Origin: Octopus sinensis
Lineage: Eukaryota
Direction: 5' to 3'
DNA: 64,000 bases
Assembly: GCF_006345805.1 (NCBI RefSeq)
Contig: NC_042998.1
Coordinates: 148,428,001-148,492,000, forward strand
Within the stretch, counting starts at the first letter, position 1. Every line of letters begins with the position of its first letter. A program made the position numbers and the translations under genes. Below the pieces are notes generated by a model. That model ran no database searches and was not told the DNA's origin. It saw nothing but the letters and a program-made list of their open reading frames with translations. Below, piece after piece: positions 1-11,700 of the stretch.

Positions 1-132
1 TTATGATTTTATAAAAACCCAATATTTGAAACGAGGCTAAAAATAAGCTTTGAAAAATATTTATAACACTATTTCCACTATTAATCCCTTACAAGCTTTG
101 CCAGTTCAACAGATTAGTATATATGTGTATAT

Positions 133-242
133 ATACATACATACATACATACATACATACATACATACATACATACATACATACATACATACATACATAC
201 ATACATACATGCATGCATGCATACATACATACATACACACAC

Positions 243-310
<68 letters not shown>
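133..310. repeat. Compound microsatellite (TACA)n-(TA)n
   Basis: Read directly; it explains the YIHT/MYVC ORFs. Confidence 0.95.
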
Positions 311-621
311 GTGTGTGTTTATAGTCAAGCTATGAAAGTCCACAACATCAATACGTTCTTCGTTTCTTCTGTGTCATACTTCTTCTGAACCCTACACAGT
401 TTGATTGACTACAACTATATGTATGTATAACTGTTTGTGTTTGTGTGCGTGCGTGTGCGAACGTGGGCGTGTGTATGCATGTCTGTTATTTAAAAAATAT
501 ATATATCTATACCTGTATCCTCGGATGTGTGTGCATGTGTTTATCCTCATTTATATATTTATGCACATTCACCCACACTCAGATATCTCTATTTATATAG
601 GAATACATAATGGATATTTGT

Positions 622-686
<65 letters not shown>

Positions 687-1207
687 GCTTGAGAAATGTC
701 TTAAAAATTGCATATATATATTTACACACAGAGAAGAAGTATATATATGTAAGTAAATATGTATGCGTATATATATATAATATATATATATGAATATGTA
801 TATAATTTATTTTTATACATGTTTATATGTGTATGTACGTATTAGTGTAAATGTCTCTATGTATTTAAAAACGAGAGTGGATTAGACGGAAAGAAAAAAT
901 AAACAAGAAAAAATAAAAAAGCATTCGTCGGTCGACAAATGGAGACATTTCAGCTTGATAATAGGATTATATATGTAGCTGTTGTGTGTGTATGTGTGTG
1001 TGTGAGCGTGTGTAAGCATGTGTAGTTCTTTTATACATTATAAATATATGTATGTATATATTTATATGTATATATATATATACATATATGCATATATAGG
1101 TATGTGTATGTGTGTATGTGCGAGTTGTGTTTTGTGCATATATAATTTTTGTGCGTGGATGGGCATTTGTGCATGAATAGGTAAGAAAGCATAATTACAT
1201 ACATGCA

Positions 1208-1242
<35 letters not shown>

Positions 1243-1263
1243 TATATATATAATATATATATA

Positions 1264-1315
<52 letters not shown>

Positions 1316-1618
1316 GGTTATATACACACAAATATATATACACACACACACATATATGCTATGCACATATGCGCATATAAACGCATATACATACATATGG
1401 TTATGCGTATATAAACATATATACTTACATACACATGCACACACGTCGTGCCTTTTGTATATGAACATGTGCACATACACACACTCACACACACACACAC
1501 ACATACGAATGCATTTATATCTTGCTGTCTATTTTGATATTGTGTTTGCATTTGTGTATCGATATACTTACGTATGCATATATATATATGTATGTGTGAA
1601 TGTGAGTGCGCGCGCGCA

Positions 1619-1653
<35 letters not shown>

Positions 1654-1834
1654 ATGTGCGCTCGTGTTTGTACGTGAAAGAGAATAAAGATCGAACGAGA
1701 GATTCAGGATTTCCTGACTGGCTCAATGATAAAAAGCGACGTGACTGTGTGGGGTGGTGATGGTGGGAAGGGTACGAGGGACCAGGGAATAAGCGAATTC
1801 GTCATTCATGCAGCAGCAGCAGCGGCAACAATAC

Positions 1835-1885
<51 letters not shown>
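1835..1885. repeat. (TAG)n microsatellite
   Basis: Read directly. Confidence 0.95.
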
Positions 1886-2299
1886 ACATGATATAAAATT
1901 GTGGTGGTGGTGTTGGTGTTGTTTTTGGTTTTGGTAGTTGGCGTAATAATAGTAGCAGTAATCGCCGCTGCTACCTGTTGATACGTAGGGTTGTGCGAAG
2001 TGTTTGGTATAAGGTTTTCAGGAATGATACCCAATAATGTAGAGGACACCAAAACACCAGAAGTCGTTGAAGACGATAGTCAGGTTTCTTCTCCAGGGAA
2101 GAAGGAATAAATGTTGTATGTGAAGAAGAATCAGTGAAAAATTGTCGAGTCTATAAGGACTAGAAAGTTCCATGGATTGGTGACTGGATTTTTGCCAGTA
2201 AGGTGGATTCCCTTCTTTGGAATACAATGGAATATAAGTTGAAATATATAGATATACAGCATTATCTGCATTCAATCGTTTATCTTTTATTTTTTGTTT

Positions 2300-2668
2300 C
2301 CAGTCATTTAGACTTTGGCCATGGTGAAACACAACATTGAAGAATTTTAGTTGAACGAATCGGCTTCAGGACTTATTCTTTAAAGCCTGGTATTTATTCT
2401 GTCACTCCTTTTGCCGAACCGCTAAGTTACGAGGACATAAATACACCAACACCGGTTGTCAAGCGGTTGGTGGTGGACAAAAACAGACTTAAATACACAC
2501 GCGCACACATAATATATATGACGGGCCTACTTTCAGTTTCCCTCTACCAAATCCATTCACGAGACTTTGGTAGGCTGGAGGCTATAGTAGCAGACACTAA
2601 TCCAAATGCAACGTAGTAGGACTGAACCCGGAACCATACGTAAACTTCTTACAACACATCCACGCCTA
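2300..2668 (-). mobile_element. tRNA-derived SINE, family 1 (diverged copy)
   Basis: Reverse-strand homolog of the full copy at 40304-40703 (shared ttttgccgaaccgctaagttac, acaccggttgtcaagcg, ggactgaacccggaaccat). Confidence 0.85.
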
Positions 2669-2990
2669 TGAGTAAGTTTGTAACATTAATTGTACTCAGT
2701 GTATAGTTATGAAACATCTCTTTTAATATGTAAGTATGCAGCACTATCTGTGTTCAGTAGAGGTTTCATCGAAATCTTTTTTAGACTATCAATAACAAAT
2801 CATGTGTGAATCTCTTTGAATTCAAAGGTAAAGCAAAGTCTGTTTTGAACTGAAGTCGGTTTTGTGTTGTTATTTATGTGAGGGCTTTTGGAGAAAGCAT
2901 CAAATATTGTGAGATGCAACATTTTGTGACATCTTAGTTTATATAGTTGGTTGCTGCAGTGCGCTGTTACTTATTTTATTGGTTGTAGCG

Positions 2991-3134
2991 ATGTTACAGA
3001 ATTTATTTTTAATTGTTCTGGGCTGTACACTCCTGCAATTTGTCCATGCCCGCTGTGTTCCTCGGACGGATTTCGTGGCATGCTCAACGAGGGGAAGCTC
3101 CCATATGTTAGCCCAAAACTCTTCTATTTCTTGA
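2991..3134 (+). CDS. Candidate small ORF or first coding exon with signal-peptide-like N-terminus (47 aa, MLQNLFLIVLGCTLLQFVHA|RCVPRTDFVAC...)
   Basis: ATG at 2991, TGA at 3132-3134; hydrophobic 20-aa leader ending in V-H-A; upstream AG at 2945-2946; possible GTTAGC donor at 3107. No homolog recognised. Confidence 0.2.
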   Translation: MLQNLFLIVLGCTLLQFVHARCVPRTDFVACSTRGSSHMLAQNSSIS

Positions 3135-3704
3135 AAGAAGAAAATATTTAAAGTGTAACCTTACATTGGCAGTGATCTTCAGAACCCTCTTGCAGACCAG
3201 CCAATTTTGAAGGAGAGAGAAAGGGCGAAGGAGTAGAGACAGAAGAATCGGCTGCATTACATAACTGGTGTCTTATTTATCAACCTTAAAGGGTATTCGA
3301 ACTCAGAAGAAGAGAATGCCAGGAGAATTATTAAAAGGTTTATGTCTGGTGCACCAACGATTCTGTCTTTGAAGAATGCTAGACTGAAATGTTTTCTTTG
3401 AAAGATGTTCCCAGAATTTTTGTTAATGGAATATGTGTAGATCTGATGCGAGGAATCTGGATTGTGTGACTTTGGCGGTAACGATTAGTTTTAGCAACAG
3501 AAACTTTAAGTATTGACTTTAGTGTTTGTTTAGTGTTTGGCTGCGAACCAGCCAATAGGGAAGAAATCTTCCTAGTAAAATTAGGATCAAAGACATAATT
3601 TCAGAGCTTATAAAAAGGACGACGTACACCAAACATTGAGTGTGTGTGTGGAGGGACAATAAGGTATGGTTGAATGGGGACAGCAACGTATAATGTAGCT
3701 GGTA

Positions 3705-3920
3705 CAAGGGGGTGCTGGAAACTTCCTGGCTTTGGATAAAAGAAAATATAGGAGGATCAGTTAAATATGATTTTATTCGATATATTCCTCTCTCAGATTC
3801 ACACACTTATTGCAGCAGCCCTTCAGTTTTTCTAAGTCCTGTAAAAAAACTTGGGTGGTTGGGCCTCTAACCACGCCTTTCGCGACACCCTTAAAGCCAG
3901 GAACATTTCAGCACCCCTCG
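3705..3920. mobile_element. Tc1/mariner-type MITE (about 216 bp)
   Basis: Imperfect TIRs of about 28 bp (CAAGGGGGTGCTGGAAACTTCCTGGCTTT ... AAAGCCAGGAACATTTCAGCACCCCTCG); TA on both flanks (3703-3704, 3921-3922); no ORF. Confidence 0.85.
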
Positions 3921-4919
3921 TATTTCTAGCAAGATGGCTATTTATTCTTTCGCCTTCATTGACTGTAAATTATGATGTTTATGATGAGTTCAATATTCGC
4001 CGCGGTGGATGTTATTTTTCCTCCGCCCGAGGTCGATAATGTAAATGCCAGTGATACATAGAAATAAAATATATTGGTAATATCGTTTCTTAAGAAAACT
4101 TGACTTTCTGTAGTTAAAAGGAACTCACACACGCACGCACAAGCACACACGTATGTATGTACGAATATATGTTTGTGCGTGTGCGTATGTGCGCGCGCAC
4201 TTTTATGTGTATATATGCGTAAATACAAGTACATACATCCATAAATATATATATACACAACACACATATGAACACAAATGGACCACAGACATAGACACAC
4301 ACTCATGTGTACATGTGACAATGTGTTTGTGTGTATGAAATGTCTGTATGTACCGTATAAAATCAATAATACTAACACTGCCAAAAGTGACAAGATGAAT
4401 ATTGCAGCCACAACCTACACATTAACATACCGTCGCCATTACTAATTTCCAAGTCAGGAAGAAGAAAAAAAAAAGCAGAAATGGCGACATGACCAGGATG
4501 TTGAACCGAAAGATGAAAGGCAAGTTCGATCTGTTTGTCTTTGAAATTCACGGCTCTTCTATCAAAACTTAATGACTGACACCTCCCAACTAACACGAAC
4601 TACGACAACATAAAATCAACAAGAAAAACAATAATAATAACAGCCGTTGGTCAACAAGAACAAGAACAAGAACAATAACAAAAACAACTACAGCGAAGGC
4701 AACAACCACGACGATATAGACTGCGGTGATGATGATAAATACTTAACATGTCTTGAAATTATCTCCCTTGTTTTATCTTTAACTTGTTTCAGTTGCTGGA
4801 TTGCGGCGGCACTGAGGCTAAAAAAAGTTGATCCCAGTACTTACGATGGTAGTGGGTAAGTACAAACAGAAAGACACACACACACACGTATGTGTGTGTG
4901 TATGTATATATCTATATCT

Positions 4920-5035
4920 ACGTATGTATGTATGTATGTATGTATGTATGTATGTATGTATGTATGTATGTATGTATGTATGTATGCATCTATGCATGTA
5001 TGTATTCATGTATGTATGTATGTATGTATGTATGT
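4920..5035. repeat. Interrupted (GTAT)n microsatellite
   Basis: Read directly. Confidence 0.95.
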
Positions 5036-5082
5036 ATATATTTCTACTTCCGGTCTTGTATATATATGTATGTATGTATGTA

Positions 5083-5450
5083 TCTCTTATTATAAAAGGC
5101 AGATTTTATCTGCCTCCCTTTGGGAGTTATACAAATCTACAATATAGGATTTCTTCAATTACAATTTACCTTGCATTTTCAAGAGTACAATGCATCGCGT
5201 CATGCCAGGTCCAGTTTTTAAAATTTAAACTCCAATTAAGCAAAATTTACAGAAAACTCACATTCTGGTGTGTGTGTCAAATGCTTTTCTTAGTCTGGTT
5301 TACAGCACACGCAAAAGCACCCACACAGTGGGCAACGAATAAAATGAAAGTAATTGACTTACTGTAGTGAGTGATTCTTTCACTCTGATTCCCACTTCCT
5401 CTTTCAACACATAGACACGCAAATATATAAATAAAATTGTAAGCTAACGT
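5083..5450 (+). mobile_element. Possible non-autonomous Helitron 5' portion
   Basis: Begins A|TCTCTTATTATAAAAG, similar to the start of the element at 6884. No 3' hairpin or CTRR found, so the right boundary is uncertain. Confidence 0.3.
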
Positions 5451-5596
5451 GCGTGTGTGTGAGTGGGTGTGTGTGGGTGTGCGCGCGTGTGTGTGTGAGG
5501 GTGCGTGTGTGTATGTGTGTGTGTGTGCGTGTGCGTGAGTGTGTGACAGGAAAGTTTTTTACGACGAATATAACACCTATATCCAAGTAGCAGAAA

Positions 5597-6076
5597 GATA
5601 AGACAGTAAGGTGTGATTTGAGGGAGATTTGGCTGCTATTTCTACCATGTCTAGCTGCCATGTAGGGGTCTCCCTCATAGGCTCATACATACATATATAC
5701 ATAGATAAGACAGTAAGGTGTGATTTGGGGGAAATTTGGCTGCTATTTCTACCAGGTCTAGCTGCCATGTAGGGGTCTCCCTCATAGGCTCATACATACA
5801 TATATACATAGATAAGACAGTAAGGTGTGATTTGGGGGAAATTTGGCTGCTATTTCTACCAGGTCTAGCTGCCATGTAGGGGTCTCCCTCATAGGCTCAT
5901 ACATACATATATACATAGATAAGACAGTAAGGTGTGATTTGGGGGAAATTTGGCTGCTATTTCTACCAGGTCTAGCTACCATGTAGAGGTCCCCCTCATT
6001 GGCTCATATATATATACATACATAAGACAGTAAGGTGTGATTTGAGGGAGATTTGGCTGCTGTTTCTACCAGGTCT
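5597..6076. repeat. Tandem repeat, 107-bp unit, about 4.5 copies
   Basis: Unit starts (GATAAGACAGTAAGGTGTGATTTG) at 5597, 5704, 5811, 5918 and about 6021; middle copies are near-identical. Confidence 0.95.
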
Positions 6077-6159
6077 GTTAGGCCTTCTCATGTAAACTCA
6101 AGCTTTCTCATGCCTTGAACATAAGACCAAAGCAGAGAATGTATTCTTTTATTCTTCTG

Positions 6160-6400
6160 CTTTTTCCAGCCATTGGTCTGTGGCCATGCTGGGGCAATGC
6201 CTTGAAGAATTGTAGTTTAATGAATCAACTCCAGTTTTATTTTTGTAAGCATTGTACTTATTCTATCTGTTTCCTTTGTCAAACCACTAGGTGACAGGGA
6301 TGTAAACAAACCAACATTCGTTGTCAAGCAGTGGTGGAGGACAATCACAAGCACAGACACGCACACACACACACATACATGCATACACATATACACATAT
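6160..6400 (-). mobile_element. SINE family 1, 3' half
   Basis: gtggccatgctggggcaatgccttgaag ... gttgtcaagcagtggtgg matches the 3' half of the other family-1 copies. Confidence 0.7.
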
Positions 6401-6441
6401 ACATACATACATACATATATATATATGTGTGTATATATATA

Positions 6442-6700
6442 TTGCAGCCTGGAAGGTGTTTGTAAGCCATTTAAGAAACACACAAAAACCGTTACATTCA
6501 CTTCAACATTTAAATTTAATTTGCCAAAATATTTTCGTCGCTTTGAGACCGCGACCTGTTCACTGACAAAAATATCGTGCTAACAGGTCGCGGTCTCAAA
6601 GCGACGAAAATATTTTGACAAATTAAATTTAAATGTTGAAGTGAATCTAACGGTTTTTGTGTGTTTCTTAAATGGCTTATAAACACCTTCAACGCTGCAA
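6442..6700. repeat. Long inverted repeat: 119-bp arms (6442-6560 / 6582-6700), 21-nt spacer, about 5 mismatches; the element runs to about 6765 and is flanked by (TA)n
   Basis: Arms compared base by base. A fold-back of this kind resembles an inverted pLTR of Penelope-like elements (inference). Confidence 0.9.
6520..6570 (-). ncRNA. Putative minimal type-I hammerhead ribozyme with G3:C8 core swap
   Basis: Minus strand reads UUUGUCA-GUGAACA-G-GUCGC-GGUCUCAAA-GCGAC-GAAA-AUAU-U-U-UGGCAAA: helix I 7 bp (one G-U), helix II 5 bp, GAAA, and a palindromic minimal helix III. Confidence 0.55.
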
Positions 6701-6763
6701 CTGTTTTCGTTCCAGCACACGATCTCAGATCAAGTCACTTGCTATGCAAGTACATCTCTGTAA

Positions 6764-6812
<49 letters not shown>

Positions 6813-6883
6813 ATGTATATTGGTAAAAACAGTAAGATAACAAAAGAAAGAAAGATACCTCAATATTATGTAAATAGAGGAAA

Positions 6884-7277
6884 TCTTTATATATAAAAGT
6901 GAGGTTGTGTGTCTGTCTCCTACGATTTAGATTCCTAACTACTCCCACATTTTGCGGTGCAGTTTAACCAAAACGGGTATCTTATAGTCGTGATTCATAT
7001 CGAGACCGTCTGGGTATTAGCGCGCGTCTACGATGAGTCTACGATTTAAAAAAAATTTACCATCAATTTTCCCCCCATTTTTAATCCATTTTTGACATAT
7101 ATAAGGAAGTAACTCTCTAAAATTTATTATTAAATCTCAGAACGTAAAAAGCTACAGTAACAACCCTCCCCCTTTGTGGTTAGCCATATTGAGATGGCTA
7201 TTATACTTTACATCTCTAAAAATGCTTATATAATTATTTCCCTTACAAACCCGAGCAACGCCGGGCGATACTGCTAG
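6884..7277 (+). mobile_element. Non-autonomous Helitron (about 394 bp)
   Basis: 5' A|TC (TCTTTATATATAAAAG), subterminal GC hairpin CCCG(A)GC-AAC-GC-CGGG at 7250-7265, 3' CTAG|T at 7274-7278, no TSD. Confidence 0.75.
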
Positions 7278-7307
7278 TGTATGTATGTATGTATGTATGT
7301 ATGTATG

Positions 7308-7339
<32 letters not shown>

Positions 7340-7427
7340 TGTATGCATGTATGTATTCATGTATGTATGTATGTATGTATGTACGTATGTATGTATATAT
7401 ATATATATATTTCTACTTATGTATATA

Positions 7428-7649
7428 TATATATTTCTACTTCCGGTCTTTCAAAATGTGACCTCGTGTGTACCGTTGCCGATTTATTTTCCTCTGTCTT
7501 CCCTTCTCGGGATCTTTCCTTCTCCTATGTTTCCGACGAAGAGCTCCGCACGAAACGTTAAACCCTCCTTCTTCCCTTCTTTTCTGAGCGTCCAATATTT
7601 GTTCCACGTCCTCGCGTTGTTGTGTTTTTTTGTGTTTTCTTGTTTGGAT

Positions 7650-7655
<6 letters not shown>
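7428..7655 (+). mobile_element. Short (TA)n-embedded element carrying a hammerhead-like motif (Penelope/retrozyme-like pLTR fragment)
   Basis: Unique segment of about 220 bp between (GTAT/TA)n and (TA)n that contains the motif at 7529-7563. Confidence 0.45.
7529..7563 (+). ncRNA. Putative minimal type-I hammerhead ribozyme (U4C core variant; helix II mismatch in this copy)
   Basis: GUUU-CCGACGA-A-GAGC-UCC-GCAC-GAAA-CG-U-U-AAAC: helix I 4 bp, helix II with one A/A mismatch, palindromic ACGU helix III. Confidence 0.5.
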
Positions 7656-7735
<80 letters not shown>

Positions 7736-7737
<2 letters not shown>

Positions 7738-8290
7738 AGATGCATTCCAGAAGTTCTGAAACATTTTGAGGAGAGACATTTATTAATTTCAAAGAAGGAC
7801 AAAACTCTTCAAAGTAGGACCCTCTGGCCTCAATGCACTTATTGAAGCGCTTCAGCCACTGCATGAAGGCCCCATGGAGATATACTTTGTGAAGGTGACC
7901 AGAACCTTTGCCACAACCTCCTTCATCTTCTCTTGCAGCTTGATGAACAACCAAAAGTCACAGGGAGCAAGATTTGGACTGTAGGGAGGGTGAGGGACAG
8001 TTTTGGTGCCTGTCTTTGACAAGTAGTTGCTTACCAGGGAGGAATTGTGGAATGCTGCATTGTCCTAGGGCTCGTGCTTTGGCCTCTCAAGACGAAATCT
8101 CACCCTGAACTCTCTCCAAACCTATGCAAAATACTCTTTATTGACCGCCTGAAGAGAGAGAACCCACTGGATATAGATTATGCCCTTGGTATCGAAAAAA
8201 TGGATCGTCATGAGCTTCTCAGTGGACTTGCTTTGCCTGGCCTCTTGTGCCAGCGAACAACAGATGGCTCAGCACATATAAGTTAATCCA
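7736..8290 (-). mobile_element. Mariner transposon 3' remnant (transposase pseudogene)
   Basis: Minus-strand frames give KKARQSKS..., VPHPPYSPNLAPCDFWLF and GAFMQWLKRFNKCIEARGSYFE, typical of mariner DD34D C-termini; the end abuts TA at 7734-7735. Confidence 0.9.
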
Positions 8291-8632
8291 CAAACAGTGT
8301 GGAACAATTCATAAGTACTTTTGCTCAATTACACGCAGAACTTTATTGCATAGCGAGCTTCGAAATGGTCTTCACATCCCGACTGCATTCTGCAAGCTAG
8401 TCAGTGTTTAATAGGGTGTGTTCAGAATGTTGTTACAGTCAGCTCTTTCAATCTGGAATAATAAAAGCTGGCAGGCTGGCTTTTATTAGATGTATAGTAA
8501 TGATATACTAAAATTACAATAATTTAGGATAGTATAAAGGCCCCTTTTAAAATGGTATAAATAAGTGAAAGAGAGAGTAAAAGAGTATATATAGGTATAT
8601 GTGTGTGTTTGTGTGTGTGTGTGATATATATA

Positions 8633-8691
<59 letters not shown>

Positions 8692-8701
8692 CATACATAC
8701 A

Positions 8702-8734
<33 letters not shown>

Positions 8735-8737
8735 GTC

Positions 8738-8937
8738 TACAGGACGTCACCAACGGTGCAAATAACATGAAGAATACGTAAACGAACGAGTTAAATACGT
8801 AAAAATACGAGAAAAAATGGAGAACAGGACAAGTAAATACAGAGAAAGGACCATTCATCAGTTGTCTGCTGTCTATCTACTCCTCATTTCGAGCATTCAT
8901 CGACAATATGAGTCTTCATAGACAGTTGCTCACATAA
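8738..8937 (+). repeat. 200-bp direct repeat, copy 1 (pLTR-like)
   Basis: Clearly homologous to 9274-9470 (TACAGGACGTCACCAAC ... GAGTCTTCA.AGACA). Confidence 0.9.
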
Positions 8938-9182
8938 GAGTGAGATAAAAAAAGAGAAAGAGGGAGAGAGAGAAAAAAATGAAAGAGAGAGAGAGAGAGA
9001 GAGACAGATAGAAAACGGTGAAGGAGGGAGAGGAGAAGAAAGGAATTAGAGAAGGATGGAGGAAGAAAACAGTATAGAGTAGAGGGTCGCATCAAAAAGG
9101 TGAAGATAAACTTACTTGGAAATGGATGCGTCGCGTTCAATCAAATAATAAATAATATTATATATATATATATATATATGTG

Positions 9183-9220
<38 letters not shown>

Positions 9221-9273
9221 TGTGTAATATATATAATACACACACACACACATATATATACATGTATGTATGG

Positions 9274-9470
9274 TACAGGACGTCACCAACCGTGCAAATA
9301 ACATGAAGTATGTAAACAAACGAGTTAGATACGTAAAAAACGAGAAGAAATGGAGAAGAGGACAAGTAAACACAGAGAAAGGACCCTTCATCAGTAGTCA
9401 GCTGTCTATCTACTCCTCATTTCGAATATTCAACGACAATATGAGTCTTCAAAGACATTTGCTCTCATAA
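9274..9470 (+). repeat. 200-bp direct repeat, copy 2, immediately upstream of the Penelope-like ORF
   Basis: Homologous to 8738-8937; ends about 25 bp before the ORF at 9495. Confidence 0.9.
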
Positions 9471-9494
9471 ATTCTAAAATAAAATTTAGGATTT

Positions 9495-11700
9495 ATGGAG
9501 AGTCAAAGTTGGAAGCAAAAACATGACAGTGGAGACATAGAAGGTTTTTCCTTAAGTAACTCATTAGTAAGACAAATTCCTTTATTAACCGTATTAGATG
9601 GCTTGCCTTTTCTTTCGACAATAAAGACATTAAACAGCCCTATAACTTCTGAATTCAAAAACTTGTTTAAATATAAAAGCAATCCTCCACCTAGCCCAAG
9701 ATTGAAACAGTTTGAAGACGATCTCTGGTCTATCATGAGGAATGTAAAATTCCACCGTTTACACTTAAGGAATAAACATCTGAGGTATCTTCACAATATC
9801 ACCAGAGAAGTTTCATAACATGAATGGAATACTGGTTCAATCGGATAAAACAGGAAACCTATACAGGCTTACCAAGTATTATTACCGAGAATTGCTTAGA
9901 AAAGAAATACAAAAGAATTATAGGATTACCGGTAAAAGTGCAATGAGGAAATCCAACTTTGAGGCTAAGAAAATTATGGAGAAATATGACTTACAGATGA
10001 AGACCGAACCTTTTGATCCCAAACAATCTCGTTTTATTTTAAAAGATCACAAACAAATTTATTTGTCCTTCTAGCTCTGATATTGGTGTACTTAGCAAAA
10101 ACATTCTAGATAAATAGATTCGTTTCTTAGTTAAAAAATTAAAGCTTAATTTGTGGTCTAATTTGTTCCAAGTGTTTGACTGGTTTAATTCTATTAAAAA
10201 CAAGAAGTGCACTATGCTTATCAAGTTTGACATTTCCAGTTTCTATTCCTCTATCAGCCCAATCGTTCTCAACAAAGCAGGTCTCACCAGGGATGAAATT
10301 AATGCCGTGTTAGCCGCCAGAAAATCTATTATCAAATTTGATAACAAGCTGTGGTTCCGTAAAAATACGCCCGACAGTTTTGATGTCACGATGGGAAGTT
10401 CTGATTCAGCACAAATTGCTGATTTGGTCGGTATATATATATCCTTTATGAGATGGCTGACCAATTCCCAAACATCAATGGAGATTTATATCATGATTGT
10501 CTACTCTACCTTCAAAATGCTTCTAACCAAAAATTAGAAAGGGTTAAAAATAGGTTGGCTAAATTTTTCCGAAACCTGGGCTTAAGCATTGTTTTTGACG
10601 ATGAAAAGGTTGGCTTTAGTTATCTAAAGCCAACCTTTTGGATATAACCCTTAACTTGCATAATGATTCATATTCCTCATATCACATACCCTCAACTAAT
10701 TGAAAATATATTAGCGCTTTCAGTAATCACTCTAAGGCTATTACAAAGAAGTTAGTTACAAATATTTCACTTAGACTTTCTAGATTATCTGCTAATGTTT
10801 ATATCTTCAACGATAAAGCTGTATTTTATAACTCTGCCTTACTTAAGGCAGGCTATAAAGAAAAAAATACCAATATTAATACTATTGACATTAATTCTAC
10901 CTCGATTAATCGGGACATAAAAGCAAGTCATAGCAATATTAACAATATTAATTTTAGTTCGAATAACAACACTAAATCGAGTATTGTAATTCTGCAGCGT
11001 AAGGGAGATAACCGTTATTTAAAACCCTTTTTTGGTAATAAAGGTTCATCGAGGACTTTTACAGATAATTACCCTAATAACAATGTATGCTTAGTTGACA
11101 ATTCCATATGGTAAACAGATCAAATCCAAACTCCTTTATCAGTTTCGTGAAGCTATAGAAAAGAATTTCCCAAGAAATTCAAGATATTATTCGATTGTTA
11201 ATTCACACCGAATCAGGATTGAGTTTTCTAAAACCAAAAATCTTTGTCAAACCATCTCTTCGCATAATAAGTTGTTAAATACAAATCCACTTAATGAAAA
11301 TAGTTACATTGATATTGTTAAATAATAATAGCAGCGGCGTTAGTGTTTCTGATGTGGATTCCAAATGCATTCGTTTCCTCAGCAGTAATTCTAAGACTAG
11401 AAACTTTATTAATCAATGTAAAAAGTAGTTTTTCATCTCGGTTGTCCAAAAGAATATCTAATCATTAATTTACATTTAGACATATCAATAAACGTAACAA
11501 TACTGGGCTTAATAAATTAATTTGGTATCTAAAGGATAATAATAAACAATTTGATTTGGAATGGAATATTCTATCTATATCATTTCCGTATAATAAAGGT
11601 AAATACTTTTTTAGTAAATTACCTCTGAGTATAACCATGTGAATATGCGAGAAAATCACAGTAGTATGGTTTGTAAACATTCGTAGCATCGCATTTATTA
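9495..11700 (+). mobile_element. Decayed Penelope-like retroelement (RT + C-terminal GIY-YIG), many stops and frameshifts
   Basis: Fragments SDKTGNLY, ILKDHK, IKFDISSFYSSI, FDVTMGSSDSAQIADLVG (PLE RT motifs; YRDD-type site degraded) and FRHINKRNNTGLNKLIWYLKDNNKQFDLEWNIL (GIY-YIG C-terminal half). Confidence 0.85.

Noticed and set aside
8855-9394. CTGATGA on the minus strand of both 200-bp repeats (8855-8861, 9388-9394) as a hammerhead core
   Set aside because: No helix II followed by GAAA downstream, so the fold cannot be completed.
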